A stretch of DNA of 64,000 bases from Camelus ferus (Eukaryota). Location of the stretch: contig NC_045704.1 of assembly GCF_009834535.1 (NCBI RefSeq), positions 9,424,001 to 9,488,000 of the forward strand, in the 5' to 3' direction. Positions 27,001 to 40,400 of the stretch are shown one piece after another. The notes under the pieces are model-generated. The model was not told the origin of the DNA. It saw nothing but the letters and a program-made list of their open reading frames with translations, and made no database searches. The position numbers and the translations under genes were made by a program. The first letter of the stretch is position 1; each line of letters opens with the position of its first letter.

Positions 27001-30000
27001 CGTGAGAGTTTCCTCCTCCAATCCGGAGGGCAGGGCGCTGAGTCCCGTTGTGCTGTGGTCCGTCCCTGCAGGCCCCATGCCCTCCTCTGTCAAACGGGAT
27101 TAATAGCAGTGCTGCACCTAGTCATGGGGCACCTGCTGAGCTCAGAGACCACGTGGGTGGTGAGGGCGGGGAGGGGGGACCTGGGCGTGCACCCGGGTTG
27201 GAGGGTTGGAGCCTGGCTGTTTGTCAGCTCGGGGTGTCTTGGAAGCAGAGCAAGGCCCAGGCCTGGCCCTGTCACAGCAGCCTCAGGCAGCTTTGGTTTT
27301 GTGTGTTTTTGGTAACGGTTTTCTGTTGATACATAATTCATATGCTGTGTACGACTCATCTATTTAAAGTGCACAGTTCAACAGTTTCTAGTCTGTTTTC
27401 AAAGTTGTGCAACCATCAGTCACGACAATGGATTTTTTAAATTGAAGTATAATTGACAAATAAAATTGTATACAATTGATTTAAGAACTTTTTTTCCTTT
27501 TAGAGCATTGTTTTCCCGAAAGAAAACCCCACACCCACAAGCAGTCATTGCTCACCTTTCTGCCCCCCAGCTCCTGAAAACCATTAATCTGCTTTCTGTC
27601 TCTATGGATTTGCCTCTTCTGGACGCTTTGCGTAAATGGAAATATGTGACATGTGGTCTTTGATGCCTGGCTTCGTTCACACTGCCAGGGCGGCCTTTTA
27701 AACTCGAATCTCCTTACTTACCCTTGCACGAAAGTCTGCGAAGTAGGAATAGGTGGTGGTCTCTGTGGGTCCAGGCAGCAGCTGCCTCTTGAGGTGATTC
27801 TGGTCCCAGGTCCACCCAGCTCAGGAAACCTGCCCAGGCCTGCTGTGGAACCTGGTGGCTGGGGAGTCACCTTCCATGAGCCATAGTTTTCTCACCTGTG
27901 GTGTGAGCCCTGTCACAGGCTCGTCATCGAGTGGAGAGGATGGTGGGAGGTCCCTCAGGGGCCTGGGATCTGGCAGAAGTGGGGAGTTGCCCTGTGCAGA
28001 GGAGGGTCTCTGGGCACTTGCGGAGTCGGGGTGGGTCTCACTTCCTTTTGGAGCAAGGGTCCTCACTCAAACACAGGGACACACACTTAGCCCCTGGTTC
28101 CGTCCATGCTCCTTCCTCCCCTCCCCACCCTACCCGGTGCCCCTGAGTGTGGCTGGGGGGAGCAGAGTGGGAGCGACTCCCTATACCGATGCCCTGACAG
28201 GTGTGTCAGCCTCCGGGTTCAGGGGCAGCGTCCTTGGGAAAGCTTCATGGTTTGCGGATGGCAGTGGGTGTCTTCCACTTGACTTTGCTGAGCACACATG
28301 GCACGCCAGGCTCTGTCCGAGGTGCTGTCCAGGGTGCTCAGCCCAGCAGGGAGGGTTCTCTGTGTTGTCCGTTGTCCCACAGGGCACATGCAGCATTAAG
28401 TGCTGTACAGGTCTGGACACGTGTCCCATGGCTGGTGGGTAGAGTTGGGGCTGAGGGACTGCTCCAGCCCTTCTGGGAGATAAATGCTTGGCAGGAAACC
28501 CAGTTATTGGGACACCCCAGCCGGGTGAGGCAGCAAGAGCGAAGTCCTGAGGGGAGCCCAGTCTTGATGTGTTCTGGAAACAGAAGAGAGGGCAGGGTGG
28601 TCAGAGCAGGTGAGGGCCGTGTGTGAGGGAGGCGGGAGTAGCGGTCAGCCAGGGCGGGGCTTAGAGGTATTGTAAGCGGGCAGTGGGAAGCTGGGGAGGT
28701 CCTGAGCACAGACGAGATGGAGTCAGATTTTTCCTTTCAGCGAGCTCCATCTGTCTGCCTGTGGAACGGGGTGTAGAGAGGTGCAGGGAGGCTGGGAGAG
28801 ACCGTGGGGCCTGGTTGGGGTGGTGGCCCTGCAGGTTGAGAGAAGGTGTGGGTGTTAATTATGTTTTGGAGGGAGGGTCTCCAGTGCCGGGATCTGGATG
28901 GGGAGGATCCGGGGAAGCCTCTGGATTTCTGGTGGCCCCCCAAAAGCTGAATGTCACAGTCAGCAAGTGATGGGGGTGTGTGTGTGGGAGGCCTGGGCCC
29001 AACCTTCCTCCCTGAAGGCAGAGGCCTCTACTGAGTAAATGCTAGACTTGGAACCTGGTGTCCTGTTAAGGCCCCCAAGGGCCAGGAAGGAGCTGGCCTT
29101 CAGCTGCCTGGAGGTGTTGGCTGGTAAGTGCTGGGCTAGGGAAGACTGTAGGCAGGGTGGAGCCAGTGCTGGTGCAGACCTGGGCCTGAGCTCACCCCCT
29201 TGTTCTGTACACACTTATTGCTGGTGGCTGGCCTCCAGTGAATGGGCCGAGGCCTCTGCACCCTTAGAAATTACCTTCTGGGGCTTGGGTGCCCACTCCA
29301 CAGTTCACCAGCACCCAAACCTTGAGGCTGTCCATTTCTTCCTTGGGGCGGTCGTGAGAGTCGGAGGAGATAATGGGCTGAGAATGGTGTCAGGTGCAGT
29401 CAGCACGGTTTGTCCGCCTTGTGTGTCTGGTGTGTTGGCCATGGACTGGCCCCGTTCCCACAGATCCAGGTGCCTGAATGACTGGTATGGTGCTGGGGCA
29501 GCGGTGTCACACAGGGCCTTCTTGGGGGCTGCAGGCTGTGAAGGAGATGCACCCCAAAATGGCAGTCCTGGGGTGACGTGTGAGGAGCCAGGCCAGAGCT
29601 TCCTTGGGGAGAGGGTGGCACCAGGGGAGGTGGCCTGGCCTCGGTCGACGCATGGTGTCGGCAGGTGTGAGGGAGCCTGGTGTGCAGATTCAGGGAGAAC
29701 TGTGAGTACTGGGGGGACAGGAGGTCCTGGGTGGACGGCAGCTGGGAGGCGGTCAGGGGCCCTTGGGGTCTTGAGCTCGGAGCCATCTCAGGGCATCCTG
29801 GGGGAACAAACAGATGTTCAAGTTTGTGTTTCAGGAAAGCATCCTAAATGGGAGTGGGCTGCAGGGCTAAGGGGGCAAGTCCCTGAGTGCTGTTGGACAG
29901 GACCCGTGAGGCCTGTGGGACGGGGGGCTCTCAGGTGCCCCCACGTCTACTGCCTGCCTGGGGCCGGCGTTGGCTGCCATCTTCCAAGGTCATGGCTCCT

Positions 30001-31411
30001 CCACTCCATCTTCAACCATAGTCAGCCAGGGCTTAGGAACTGGCATGACTCTTGGCAGGATTGTTGCAGATTTAGAGCCAATTGTTCCTGGTCAGTGAGG
30101 AGTCACCCTGGGGGCAGGGAGGAGATAAGTGAGGCTCCTGAGGAAGCTGGAAGGGAGAGCTGGGTGCTGGCAGCATCTTGAAGGAACTGAGGGTCAGAAG
30201 ACCAGTTGCCTGCCTCTAGCCGTGTGTACCCTCTGTCTCCACCCTGGCTTTCAGCTCCAGCTGCTTCCTGAGTTGAGCATCTTTCTTCCCTGGGCTGGTG
30301 CCCCGTCTGTGGCTGGCGTGCTTTCCATGATTGGGATGCCTGGGGCAGGGCTTTGTAGGAGAGGGACTGGCACACGGGTCTGGGAGGTGCCCAGCATGGG
30401 CACTGCGACCACTCAGTCTTTCTTGGCCTGTGCCTAAGGTGGTCTTCACGAGGCAGATGAGGAGTGTGAGCTGTGGTCAGCACCTGCGCGATGCTCGGGG
30501 GTCCCAGCTCACCTGCGTGTGGGTTGCCTGCCATATAGTGGGGTGACCACAGCCCCTCAGAGGGCCATAGGCACAGTGGACATGAGGAGTGGACGTCAAG
30601 TGGCCTGGGAGCTCGGGGTGGGTCTCCACTGTATGGTTTAGGCTGGGGGCCTGTAGACCTCTACAGAGGAACGGCCCAGTCCATGCTCATCAGGGGCTTG
30701 GACCCACCTGGTTCCTAGTGAGTGCTCCCCCCGAGATGCTCCTAAGGCCAGGTGGGCCACAGCCGGCATGCGGGATCTCCAGTGCTGGCCAACGAGCTGC
30801 CATCTTCCAGGTAGAGGACACTGGCCTTGCTGTCCTCCCTGCTGAGGTGGTTCCCCATCCTGGTTGCTTTGGGCTCTGGTCAGTGGCTATTCTGGGAGCT
30901 GCCACCCCCTCCCTTTGAAGTTTTCCTCTTCCTGTCTTGGCACTGGGTATGGAGGTGCGTGTGCGTGCGTGCGTGTGTGTTTGTAGTGTCCAGGCAATAG
31001 CCACAGACTTCTTTCCCTTTGCCACCGCCTCGCACCCTGCACACAGCATGGAGATTGCTCAGCTGGATGGCGTCTTAATTTGTTGAGTAAATAAGATTGA
31101 AGCGAGTCTGATGCCAGAGGTTCCAGGATGAACACAGTTCCAGCCCAGATATGGGGGCAGTGGACACAGGCCTTGTGGGGACAGGATTGTGGTGGCTCTG
31201 CACAGTGTCAGGCTGTTTTCTGTGGGCCCTGGGTGTGGTCACAGCCAGGGGTCTTCACCGGGCCTGGTGGGGGCTGCACAGTAGGCAGGATAGTCACCTG
31301 CAGGTTGGCCCTTGCAGGCTGTCCTGGTCATCTAGGTGACAGGTGCTGAGAGGTGGAGGGTGGCAGGTGCAGTCGGAGCCCGTGTGTGACAGCCCCTACC
31401 TGCAGGGCGCC

Positions 31412-34400
31412 ATGTTTTGGAAGTTTGACCTGCACACGAGCTCACACCTGGACACACTGCTGGAGCGGGATGACCTGAGCCTGCCGGAGCTGCTGGATGA
31501 GGAGGACGTGCTGCAGGAGTGCAAGGTTGTCAACCGCAAGCTGCTGGACTTCCTGCTGCAGCCTCCGCACCTGCAGGCCATGGTGGCCTGGGTCACCCAG
31601 GAGCCGCCGGCCAGCGGCGAGGAGCGGCTGCGCTACAAGTGAGCCTTGCCCTGTCGGTCCCCAGTGGCGGGACACCGTTTTTATTACAAGACATCCCAGA
31701 TGTCTCCCAGGTGGAGGGATGGGCAGGGCAAACCTGAGAGTCCTCCCAGCCATGAACAGCATTGGGCAGCCTGTGTCATTGGCCCACAGCCTACCTGCAT
31801 TTTACTTCCCGAGGTCTTATTCAGTTGGATATTTGCTCTCTCTGTGGAGTGTGGACAGCACGAGGCCTCTCCCACCCCACGTCCCCAGTGTCCAACACGG
31901 TGCCAGGCTAGGGCATGTCCGTGCCTGCTGCTGCGGGCTCCTCTGCCCTTCACTCCCACCCTGGGGTCCTCAGGTGTGCCAGGCAGGGAATTGTCTCCGT
32001 AGCAGGGGGCTTCTGTCTGCCTAGGTCGCTACTGCCCTTGGGCCCTGCTCAGTCTGTCCTGGACAGCCCTTCCTGTCCGCCTCCTGGTTCCCTGATGTTG
32101 CCCTCTGTCCAGCCCCTCACACTAAAGACATGCACATGGTCCTCACGAGTGCTGCATCTTCTGTCCCCGAGGCCTTGAGCCAGACTGGGAGAGAGTGCTC
32201 TGTCCCCCTTTGCCCTTTGTAAAGTGGAGGTTGGGTAAGGTGGTGCTAGCTGCTTACTGTGGGGCCTGGTGCACAGTGGGGACCTCTGGTGGGGCCAGCA
32301 GAGTGTCCCCCATGCCTCCCGAGGTCCATCTTGTCAGTTTCCCAACCCCATGTGTGTCTTCTCCCTCCTTCGCTCTGTCCATCCAACATTTCTGTCCCCC
32401 TGCCCACCAAACTAGAACGTCCAGGGGCCCCATGGACTGGGCTCTGGCTCACAGTAGCAGGGAGCTGCCATTCTGACATGTGTGTCGGGCTGCCCCTGGG
32501 GTCCCTATCTTGTTCCAAGGAACCCACTTCTCAGGGCCCCTATAGTTTACGGGGCCAACCTGGAGCATGTTGTGGTCACCTGAGGCCCTGGGTGGTACAC
32601 TGGGCAGAGCTGCCCTCTCCCTGTGTGAAGGTGTCTTGGGGATGAAGTTAGATCATACAGAGGTCACTGGGGCCTGACCTGGGACAGACTGGAAGGTCAG
32701 GGGTGGAAAGACAGATGTTGGTAGAGGGTGGGCTCCAGGCTCAGGAGGCTGGATGCTGCCTTGGAGCGTGAGGAGCATGGGTGGGCTCCAACTGGGAGGC
32801 AGGGTCTTGGCCTCCGCCCCCACCATGCCCTCCCCAGCCCTTTCTGGGTGTGACAGGTATCCCAGCGTGGCCTGCGAGATCCTGACGTCAGATGTGCCCC
32901 AGATCAACGATGCCCTGGGTGCGGACGAATCCCTCCTGCACCGGCTCTACGGCTTCCTGCAGAGCAGTGGCAGCCTCAACCCGCTGCTGGCCAGCTTCTT
33001 CAGCAAGGTCATGGGCGTCCTCATCAACCGCAAGACGGACCAGGTGCCAGGGGCCCTGGGATGGGCAGGTGGGCAGGCGTGGGTTCAGGGTCCTGCGCTG
33101 ACGTGCTGGGTCCCTGTGTCCCCAGCTTGTGTCCTTCCTGCGGAAGAAGGACGACTTTGTGGACCTGCTGCTGCAGCACATCGGCACCTCCGCCATCATG
33201 GACCTCCTGCTGAGGCTCCTCACCTGCGTGGAGCGGCCGCAGCTGAGGCATGACGTGGTCAACGTGAGTGCTGGCTGCCTGGAGTGCAGGCTGGTGAGGC
33301 GGGGCCGGGGGCGGGGTGGCTGTGGGTGGGGTCAGTGAGCACAGCCCCTCCTTCTCACCACAGTGGCTGAACGAGGAGAAGATCATCCAGCGGCTCATTG
33401 AGCAGATCCACCCGTCCAAGGACGACAATGTGAGTGCAGCCCAACCACCTGGTGTTCCCAGTCTCCTCTCTGCACCAACTTTGTCCACCCCCAACTCCTT
33501 CCTTAAACCAGGGGATGAGAACAGGGAGCCTTTGGAGCCATGTATGTGGGGAGGGGGCACCTGCTGAGAACAGAAAAGGAGTTTACACACATGGGACATT
33601 TCTCAGGAACCAGGAGCTTGGCCCCATCATTTGAGGGGTCTGGGGTCTGAAGAAGGTCCTCTGGCCTTGGCCCCTCACTGCTGCCCTTCCTGGGACACCC
33701 GCCCCCCATTCCCTCTGTTGCTGGCTCTGTGCCCTGGCGGCTCTTCCTGTCTTGCGCCTGGACCAGCCCTGCCTGTCCTTCAGAGAAGCTACCCAGGGGC
33801 CTTGCACCTGTCCCCCAGCCCACTGGCTTTCAGAGTGGAGGGCTACAGGCGCAGGTAGTCAGCACCAGGCACCAGGTCAGCGCCTGGCCTGGGGAAGTGA
33901 TGACTGTCCGGGCCTTTGTGGCCAAGGGACGAGGGGCATCTGCTGTGAGCCAGGCGGTGGGCACCTGTGAGGGGCTCTGCTGTGCGACGAGGGGCACCTG
34001 GCTGTGTCTGCGTGGATCGAGGGTTTGTGTGGGTGGGCCCTGGCAGCTGCCTGTTGGTGAGACTCAGAGCTCTGCTCCTGCTCCTCCTTGTATTTGTTCA
34101 CTTTGCAACAACTATTTTGAGACATAAAATGAATACCATACAACTCACCGATTATAGAACTCACCCATTAAAAAATCAGTGGCTTTTAGAGTATTCACAG
34201 GGTTATGCAGCCCTCACCGTGTCGATTTTAGAATCTTTTTCATCACTCCAGAAAGGAAACCCTATACCCATTAGGTTCTATTCCCCCTTCCCCTCCCAGC
34301 CTCCAGCAACCACCAGGCTGCTTTCTGTCTTTGGGTTTGCCTCTTCTGGACATTTCATGTAAATGGATCACGTGATAGAAGGTCTTCCTTGACTGGCGTC

Positions 34401-37400
34401 TTTGCCTTAGTACCAAGTTGTTTGTGTTCATCCAAGTTGTAGTGTCAGTGTTTCATACTTTTCTTAGGCTGAGAAACGTTTCGCTGTGTGGATAGACCAC
34501 GGTTGCTTATCCATTCTTCAGTTGGTGGACCCCTGGGTGGTTCCCCTCTTTCGCTACTGGGGATGGTGTGGGGTTTGTGTGGGTGTTTCCTTTTCCAGGA
34601 AACCTTCCTTGGTTTCCCTTCCTTTCTGCTGTCTCTCCCTTTCCAGCGTTTAGTGCCTCGTGTTCTCTCTCTCGGCATTTGTGTCCCTGTGTCTCTGTGA
34701 CTCTCTGTCCTCAAGAGCAGGTGCCCTTCAGCTTGTGGGACTTCCCGACTCCAGGGCTGGGCCAGGGTCCTCAGTTCTCTCTCCCTCCACAGCAACATTC
34801 CAATGCATCCCAGTCCCTGTGCGACATTATCCGCCTGAGCCGGGAGCAGATGATCCAAGCACAGGACAGCCTGGAGCCTGACCAGCTATTGGCCACCCTG
34901 GAGAAGTGGGTCTGCGGGTGGTGCCCAGGGGTGGGGTGGGGAACAGTCCTGGGGGCCTTTCTCCCTGATGTCTGCCTGCCCCTGCCCTAGGCAGGAGACA
35001 ATTGAGCAGCTCCTGAGCAACATGCTGGAGGGGGAGCAGAGCCAGTCCGTCATCGTGAGCGGAATCCAGGTGCTGCTGACGCTGCTGGAGCCCAGGAGGC
35101 CCAGGTGAGCTCTGCGACCCCTCGGAGCCCCGCCATCCTGCTCAAGGGTTGAGGGTTGCAGGGACACAGCCTCCATGAGTGGTGTCCCCTTCCTGGTGGT
35201 CGCTAGGGTCCCAGAGTGGAGTCCTTCATTCCTGTCTGACAGTAGAGGAAACAGACTGAGTAGACTGCCTGTAGCTTCAAGCTGGCCTTTGGGATCTGGG
35301 CTCCCAAGGGGAGCAGCTTCTCATTACCTCCCAGGCGTGCTCCATACATTCGCACGTGTGCACATGCACGTGCACAGGCCATCTGGGCAGTTCACTCTGC
35401 CCTCCACTGTCCCTGCTGCAGGTCCGAGTCCGTGACCATGAACAACTTCTTCAGCAGTGTGGACGGGCAGCTGGAGCTCCTGGCCCAGGCAACCCTGGAC
35501 AGCGCCTCGTCCAGTGTGGGAACCCTGCATGCCCTGCGCCCGCGGCTTGGCCACTTCCACCAGCTCCTGCTGGAGCCACCCAAGGTGGGCCAGGTGGGCA
35601 GGGGAAGGGTGGCAGGAAGGGCGGCCGCTTGGTTCGGGCAGCACTGGGGCAGGAACTGAGCCACCTCTACTCCTGCAGCTTGAGCCGCTGCGCACGACGT
35701 GGGGCAGCCTGGCCCCGCCACTGGGCAACATGCGGCTACATGTGGTCAAGCTGCTGGCCAGCGCCCTGAGCGCTAATGACGCAGCTTTGACCCAGGAGCT
35801 CCTGGCACTGGACGTGCCCAACACCATGCTGGTACTGGAGGGGCCGGGGGTGGAGGAGGCTCCGAGCTGGGGGAGGGGATTAGAGGCAGGGGCCACTCAG
35901 AACCAGCCTGTGCCCCTCATCCCAGGACCTCTTCTTCCACTACGTGTTCAACAACTTCTTGCATGCCCAAGTGGAGGTGTGTGTGAGTACGATGCTGAGC
36001 TCCGGGCCTCCTTCTGACAGCAGCTCTGACACACCTGCTCAGAACCCTGTTGTGAAACATGTGAGCTGGGGCTCCCGGGTCCCCCCTCAATCCCCAGGGG
36101 TGGGCTCTGCCCCAGGTCTGCCCCTCGCCTGTTGTGCAGCCAGGCCATTCATGTGCTGGGGGCTGGGGGTGAGCCTTATCCTTGGGTCCTAGGAAAATAG
36201 AGGGTGACGTGCGGGAGGTGAGTGGATGTGGTGACTTCATGAGGCAGCAGGTGTCTTGGGAGACCGGGAAGGACGCTCCCAGGGTGATGGCCACTGTGAT
36301 ATGGGGAGTGCCTCCTTGGATGTAGCCCAGGGCCTCTGGGCTCCTGTCCACTGTGGCGTATTGTGTTTGGACAAGCAGGAGTGGGAGGCAGGCAGAGTAA
36401 CTCTGGGATTTGCTGTCTAGACTGAGTGGGTTTCTGGGTGAGCAGAGGAGGAGACTTGTGCACATGCGTGCTGTGCACTTCTCGCAGGGGAGAGGCTGGG
36501 GTGCAGAGCCGGGGGGCGGGGTGCAGCCTGGCCCACCCGCACCCTCACTCTCCCCCACAGCTGCTGCAGCGTTGCTGCCTGGTGGAGCGCATCCTGACAT
36601 CCTGGGAGGAGAACGACCGCGTGCAGTGAGTGTCCCAGCTTTCCCAGGGGGCGGGGCGGGCGCGGTGGGCCTGTGTCCATCTGTGGCCTCCCTCTTGCCA
36701 GGTCCGCCGGGGGCCCTCGGAAAGGCTACATGGGCCACCTGACGAGAGTGGCCAACGCCCTGGTGCAGAACTTGGAGAAGGGGCCCAACGCCGAGCAGCT
36801 GGGGCAGCTGCTGAAGGGTGAGGACTGGGGCTGGGGTGGGGCTGGGGTGGGGCAGGGGCAGGTGGGGGCCAGGGCCTCTCGTCCTCACGGCTGCCCCTTC
36901 CCACTGAGCAGAGCTGCCAGCAGAGCAGCAGGAGCGGTGGGAGGCCTTCGTGTCCGGACCCCTGGCGGAGACCAACAAGAAGAACATGGTGGATCTGGTG
37001 AGCCCACTGCGCCTGCGCTCACCCACTACAGCCCTCGCTGATTGTCTTCTTGGCCCAGCGCGGCCACCCGAGTCGCTGACCCCCTGCCCGCCCTCTGTCC
37101 CAGGTGAACACGCACCACTTGCACTCCTCCAGCGACGATGAGGATGACAGGCTCAAGGAGTTCAGCTTCCCGGAGGAGGCGGTGCTGCAGCAGGTGGGGG
37201 GCCGGGCCAGCCCTGCTCTGCTCCCCCTCTCCCCGGCCCTGCTCTGCCCCCTCCCCCTCGCCCTGGCCCTGATGCGCCCCCACCCCCCGCAGGCTTTCAT
37301 GGACTTCCAGATGCAGCGCATGACCTCAGCCTTCATCGACCACTTTGGCTTCAACGATGAGGAGTTTGGGGAGCAGGAGGAGAGCGTGAAGTGAGTGTGC

Positions 37401-40400
37401 TCCCTCCATGTGCAAGGCCAGCGACAGGCGGGGCTGGCGGGGAGGGGGCGGAGGGCGGGAGGCTCCCTGTGATGCGCTCCCCTGCTGTCCTTTGTGCGTG
37501 CTCCCTGCTGCCCAGCCTCGGGCCTCCTCTCAACTGCCTGGCTTCTTGAGGAGTGGGCTGTGGGGAGGTGTGTAGGGCACGGGGCAGCTGTGCGGACAGG
37601 GGCTGCACAGAGCCACAGCCCCCAGTCACAGCGGGTCTGCCCCTCCCCTCCAGACGCCTTAGGGTGATGGGTGGGGTGTTTTTATCCAGTGACCAATCCT
37701 GATTATGTATTGTACAAAGCTTTGATACTGATTATCTCTGACGTTGCTGTCATGAACTGTTTTTATTGTCTGAATTTTCTGCCGCAGACATCTGAGGAAA
37801 CTATAATTTTTAGTGTTTTATAAGTTTCACGAGCGGCCTTGTGGCAGCAACAGGCAGGGCTGGTGGTGTGTGAGTCTGTGGGAAGCCCTGGGCAGGGTGG
37901 GAGCAGAGCAGCCCGTGGACGCGTGTTGGGCCCTGGGCATGCTCTGTGAGTGGCACAGCCAGTGCTGTCAGAGCGGAGGAGGGTATGTTACTGTGAGGGT
38001 GAGTCTGTGACACCTGAGGGAAAGTGGAACAGCCACCAGAGGGCATGCTGTGGAGGCAGTCCTGAGTTGGGTGGTGACAGAGAAAGGCCCGGCGGGCCCC
38101 TCGGGCTACTCGTGGGGGCCAGGCAGCTGGCCTTGTCCGTGTTGTCAGTTTGGTCACAGGTACCTCTGGGTGTTACCCAGTTACATGCTGTGACCACCCA
38201 CTTGGGGCTCAGGAACCCATCTATAGCTAGGGAGACAGAGTCTCAGCACTGTCACACAGCCCAGGGCACTCACTGGTCACTGTGGGAGGGTCAGCTGTGG
38301 TCTGTGGTAGCCACAGTCAGACCGAGGACCCCTGGGATGAAGAGCTGAGGATGCAGCGTCTGCTGTTGCTCTGCCTGGCACGGTGTGCGGCGGTAGGGGC
38401 GCTGGAGAAGACGCCCCCTGTCCTGGGGGGACAGAGACACTTAGTGCATGGCCTTGGTGTGGCTGGCTGCCCTTTGGGGATGAAACTGTGTTACCTCTTC
38501 TGTCAGGATAAATTCCAGTGAGGTTGAAAACGTTAAATGTGAAAAAAAAAATCCGAGCTACAGACTTGAAGCCTTCTAGAGGGCAAAGTGGGTGAACGTC
38601 TTCATAATCTCAGGGCTGAAGGTGCTACCAAGGCTGCCTGCTCTGCCCGGCCCGCTGTGCCCGCGGGCTGCCCCCTCTCCCGTGACAGGGGCAAGAGTGC
38701 CTGCCTTTCTGGTGGGCGGGCGTCCGGCTCGTGCTTGGACCATGGCTTTGACGAGTCAGCACTCGGGAATTGTTAACCAACTTCCGGAGTCGGCGAGACA
38801 AGTGATAGCCTGGGATAGTCCCGAGGCGGGCCCGGGCCGCCAGGTGCTCTTTCCACAGAACGGGAGGAGGAGGATGCCCCAGGAGAAACGGGGTGAAGTT
38901 GCAAACAAAACGAGTAGGAGGCTGTTAACGTTGCATCCTCTGTGGGTGGGAGTTTGAATTGACAGATCTCTTTCCACAATTTGTGTCAATATTTAACATG
39001 CGTGGATTTAATTCCACTTCTGTGAGGCTTTCTGAAAGAATTGAGTGGTGGAGGCGGATGCTGACACTGAAAGGCCTGAGGTTAGAGATGAGGAGACGGT
39101 GCTTCTACCACCCTTGCGTCCTAGGGTCCACACAGGAGCGGTTTTATTTCAGCTCCAGACTGACCCTCTTGGGGCCAGGGGTGTGCTTTGGTGTGACCTG
39201 TGTCAGGCTGTGTCCAGTAAAGTCACTGTGAACACTGAGCTGTCACCCGGGAGGAAGTGTGTGCCTGTAAATAAATATCCCGCCCAGGTTATGATCTCAG
39301 ACCCTAAAAACAACCCATCCATCTGGGTTCTGTGTCCTTTATTTTACAGCGGAGAAAACAGGTTCAGGGGCCTTTGTGTGGAACCTCGCACGGCTGGGGC
39401 CGTGCAGGTCAGGCAACTCGCTGCTCTCCACTCTGCACGCATGCATGCCGCGGAGCGAGCTGCAAGGGCTGATTGGGGTTGCAGATCGGTTTTATCGAGG
39501 AGATGTACTCGCAGGCACAGGGCCGAGCGGGTGGCATCCAGCGAGGGGAGGGCGGCGGCGGCCCCTCACTGCCCCGTGCTTCTCCCGCAGCGCGCCTTTT
39601 GACAAGACAGCCAACATCACCTTCTCCCTCAATGCCGACGACGACAACGTGAGTGCCTCCCCGACCCTGGATGCTGGCAGGGGCTGCGGGCGGTCAGCGC
39701 CTCACCCTCCTGCCCCTGCCCGCAGCCCAACGCCAACCTCCTGGAGATATGCTACAAGGACCGGATCCAGCAGTTTGATGACGACGAGGACGAGGAGGAC
39801 GAGGAGGAAGGCCAGGGCTCTGGGGAGTCCGACGGGGAGGATGGCACATGGCAGGGCAGCCAGCTGGCCAGGGGGGCCCGCCTGGGCCAGCCCCCAGGCG
39901 TGCGGTGAGTCCTCTCCAGAACCCCAAGCCTGGCACAGCAAGGCTGCAGGGCCCATGGGAAGTGGTCTTCACCAGCCAGGGGGAATTAGAGTGTTGTGTG
40001 TGTTAGTTGGGATGCTTTCAGTTTGGAGTGATAGAAACCCAACCCAGATTGAGTTCAGCTACGAAAGGAATAGGCTAATGGCTTGTGTGTGGCTGCAACT
40101 ATAGGCAGGTCCTTCAGGTACAGCTTGGTCCAAGTGTGCTTGGAACCAGTATCTCCACCCCCCCAACCCTTCCCTCCACTCTGCTCTCCCCTGCGGTAGC
40201 TCTCACCTAGGTGTTCCAAAAAGGGTGGTGAGGTGTCCTGTCAGCTCTCTTCCCCCTCATTCCGGTGAAGTGAGAGAGGATGGTCGTCCCTCCCTCAGTC
40301 CCAGCGTGCGGGTCAGTAATCAGTACTTTATTTTTAACTCGTACTGGCTGGCCCCAGAGTCACTAAATGCACTCAGGCAGCAAAGACTTGCCAGTGTGAA

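Noticed and set aside
29039-30181. 380-aa ORF in PPP6R1 intron 1
   Set aside because: GC-rich intronic sequence, GTG/TTG start, no recognisable domain or codon structure.
35917-37026. 369-aa antisense ORF (similarly 42993-43949)
   Set aside because: Shadow frames opposite GC-rich PPP6R1 exons and short introns.
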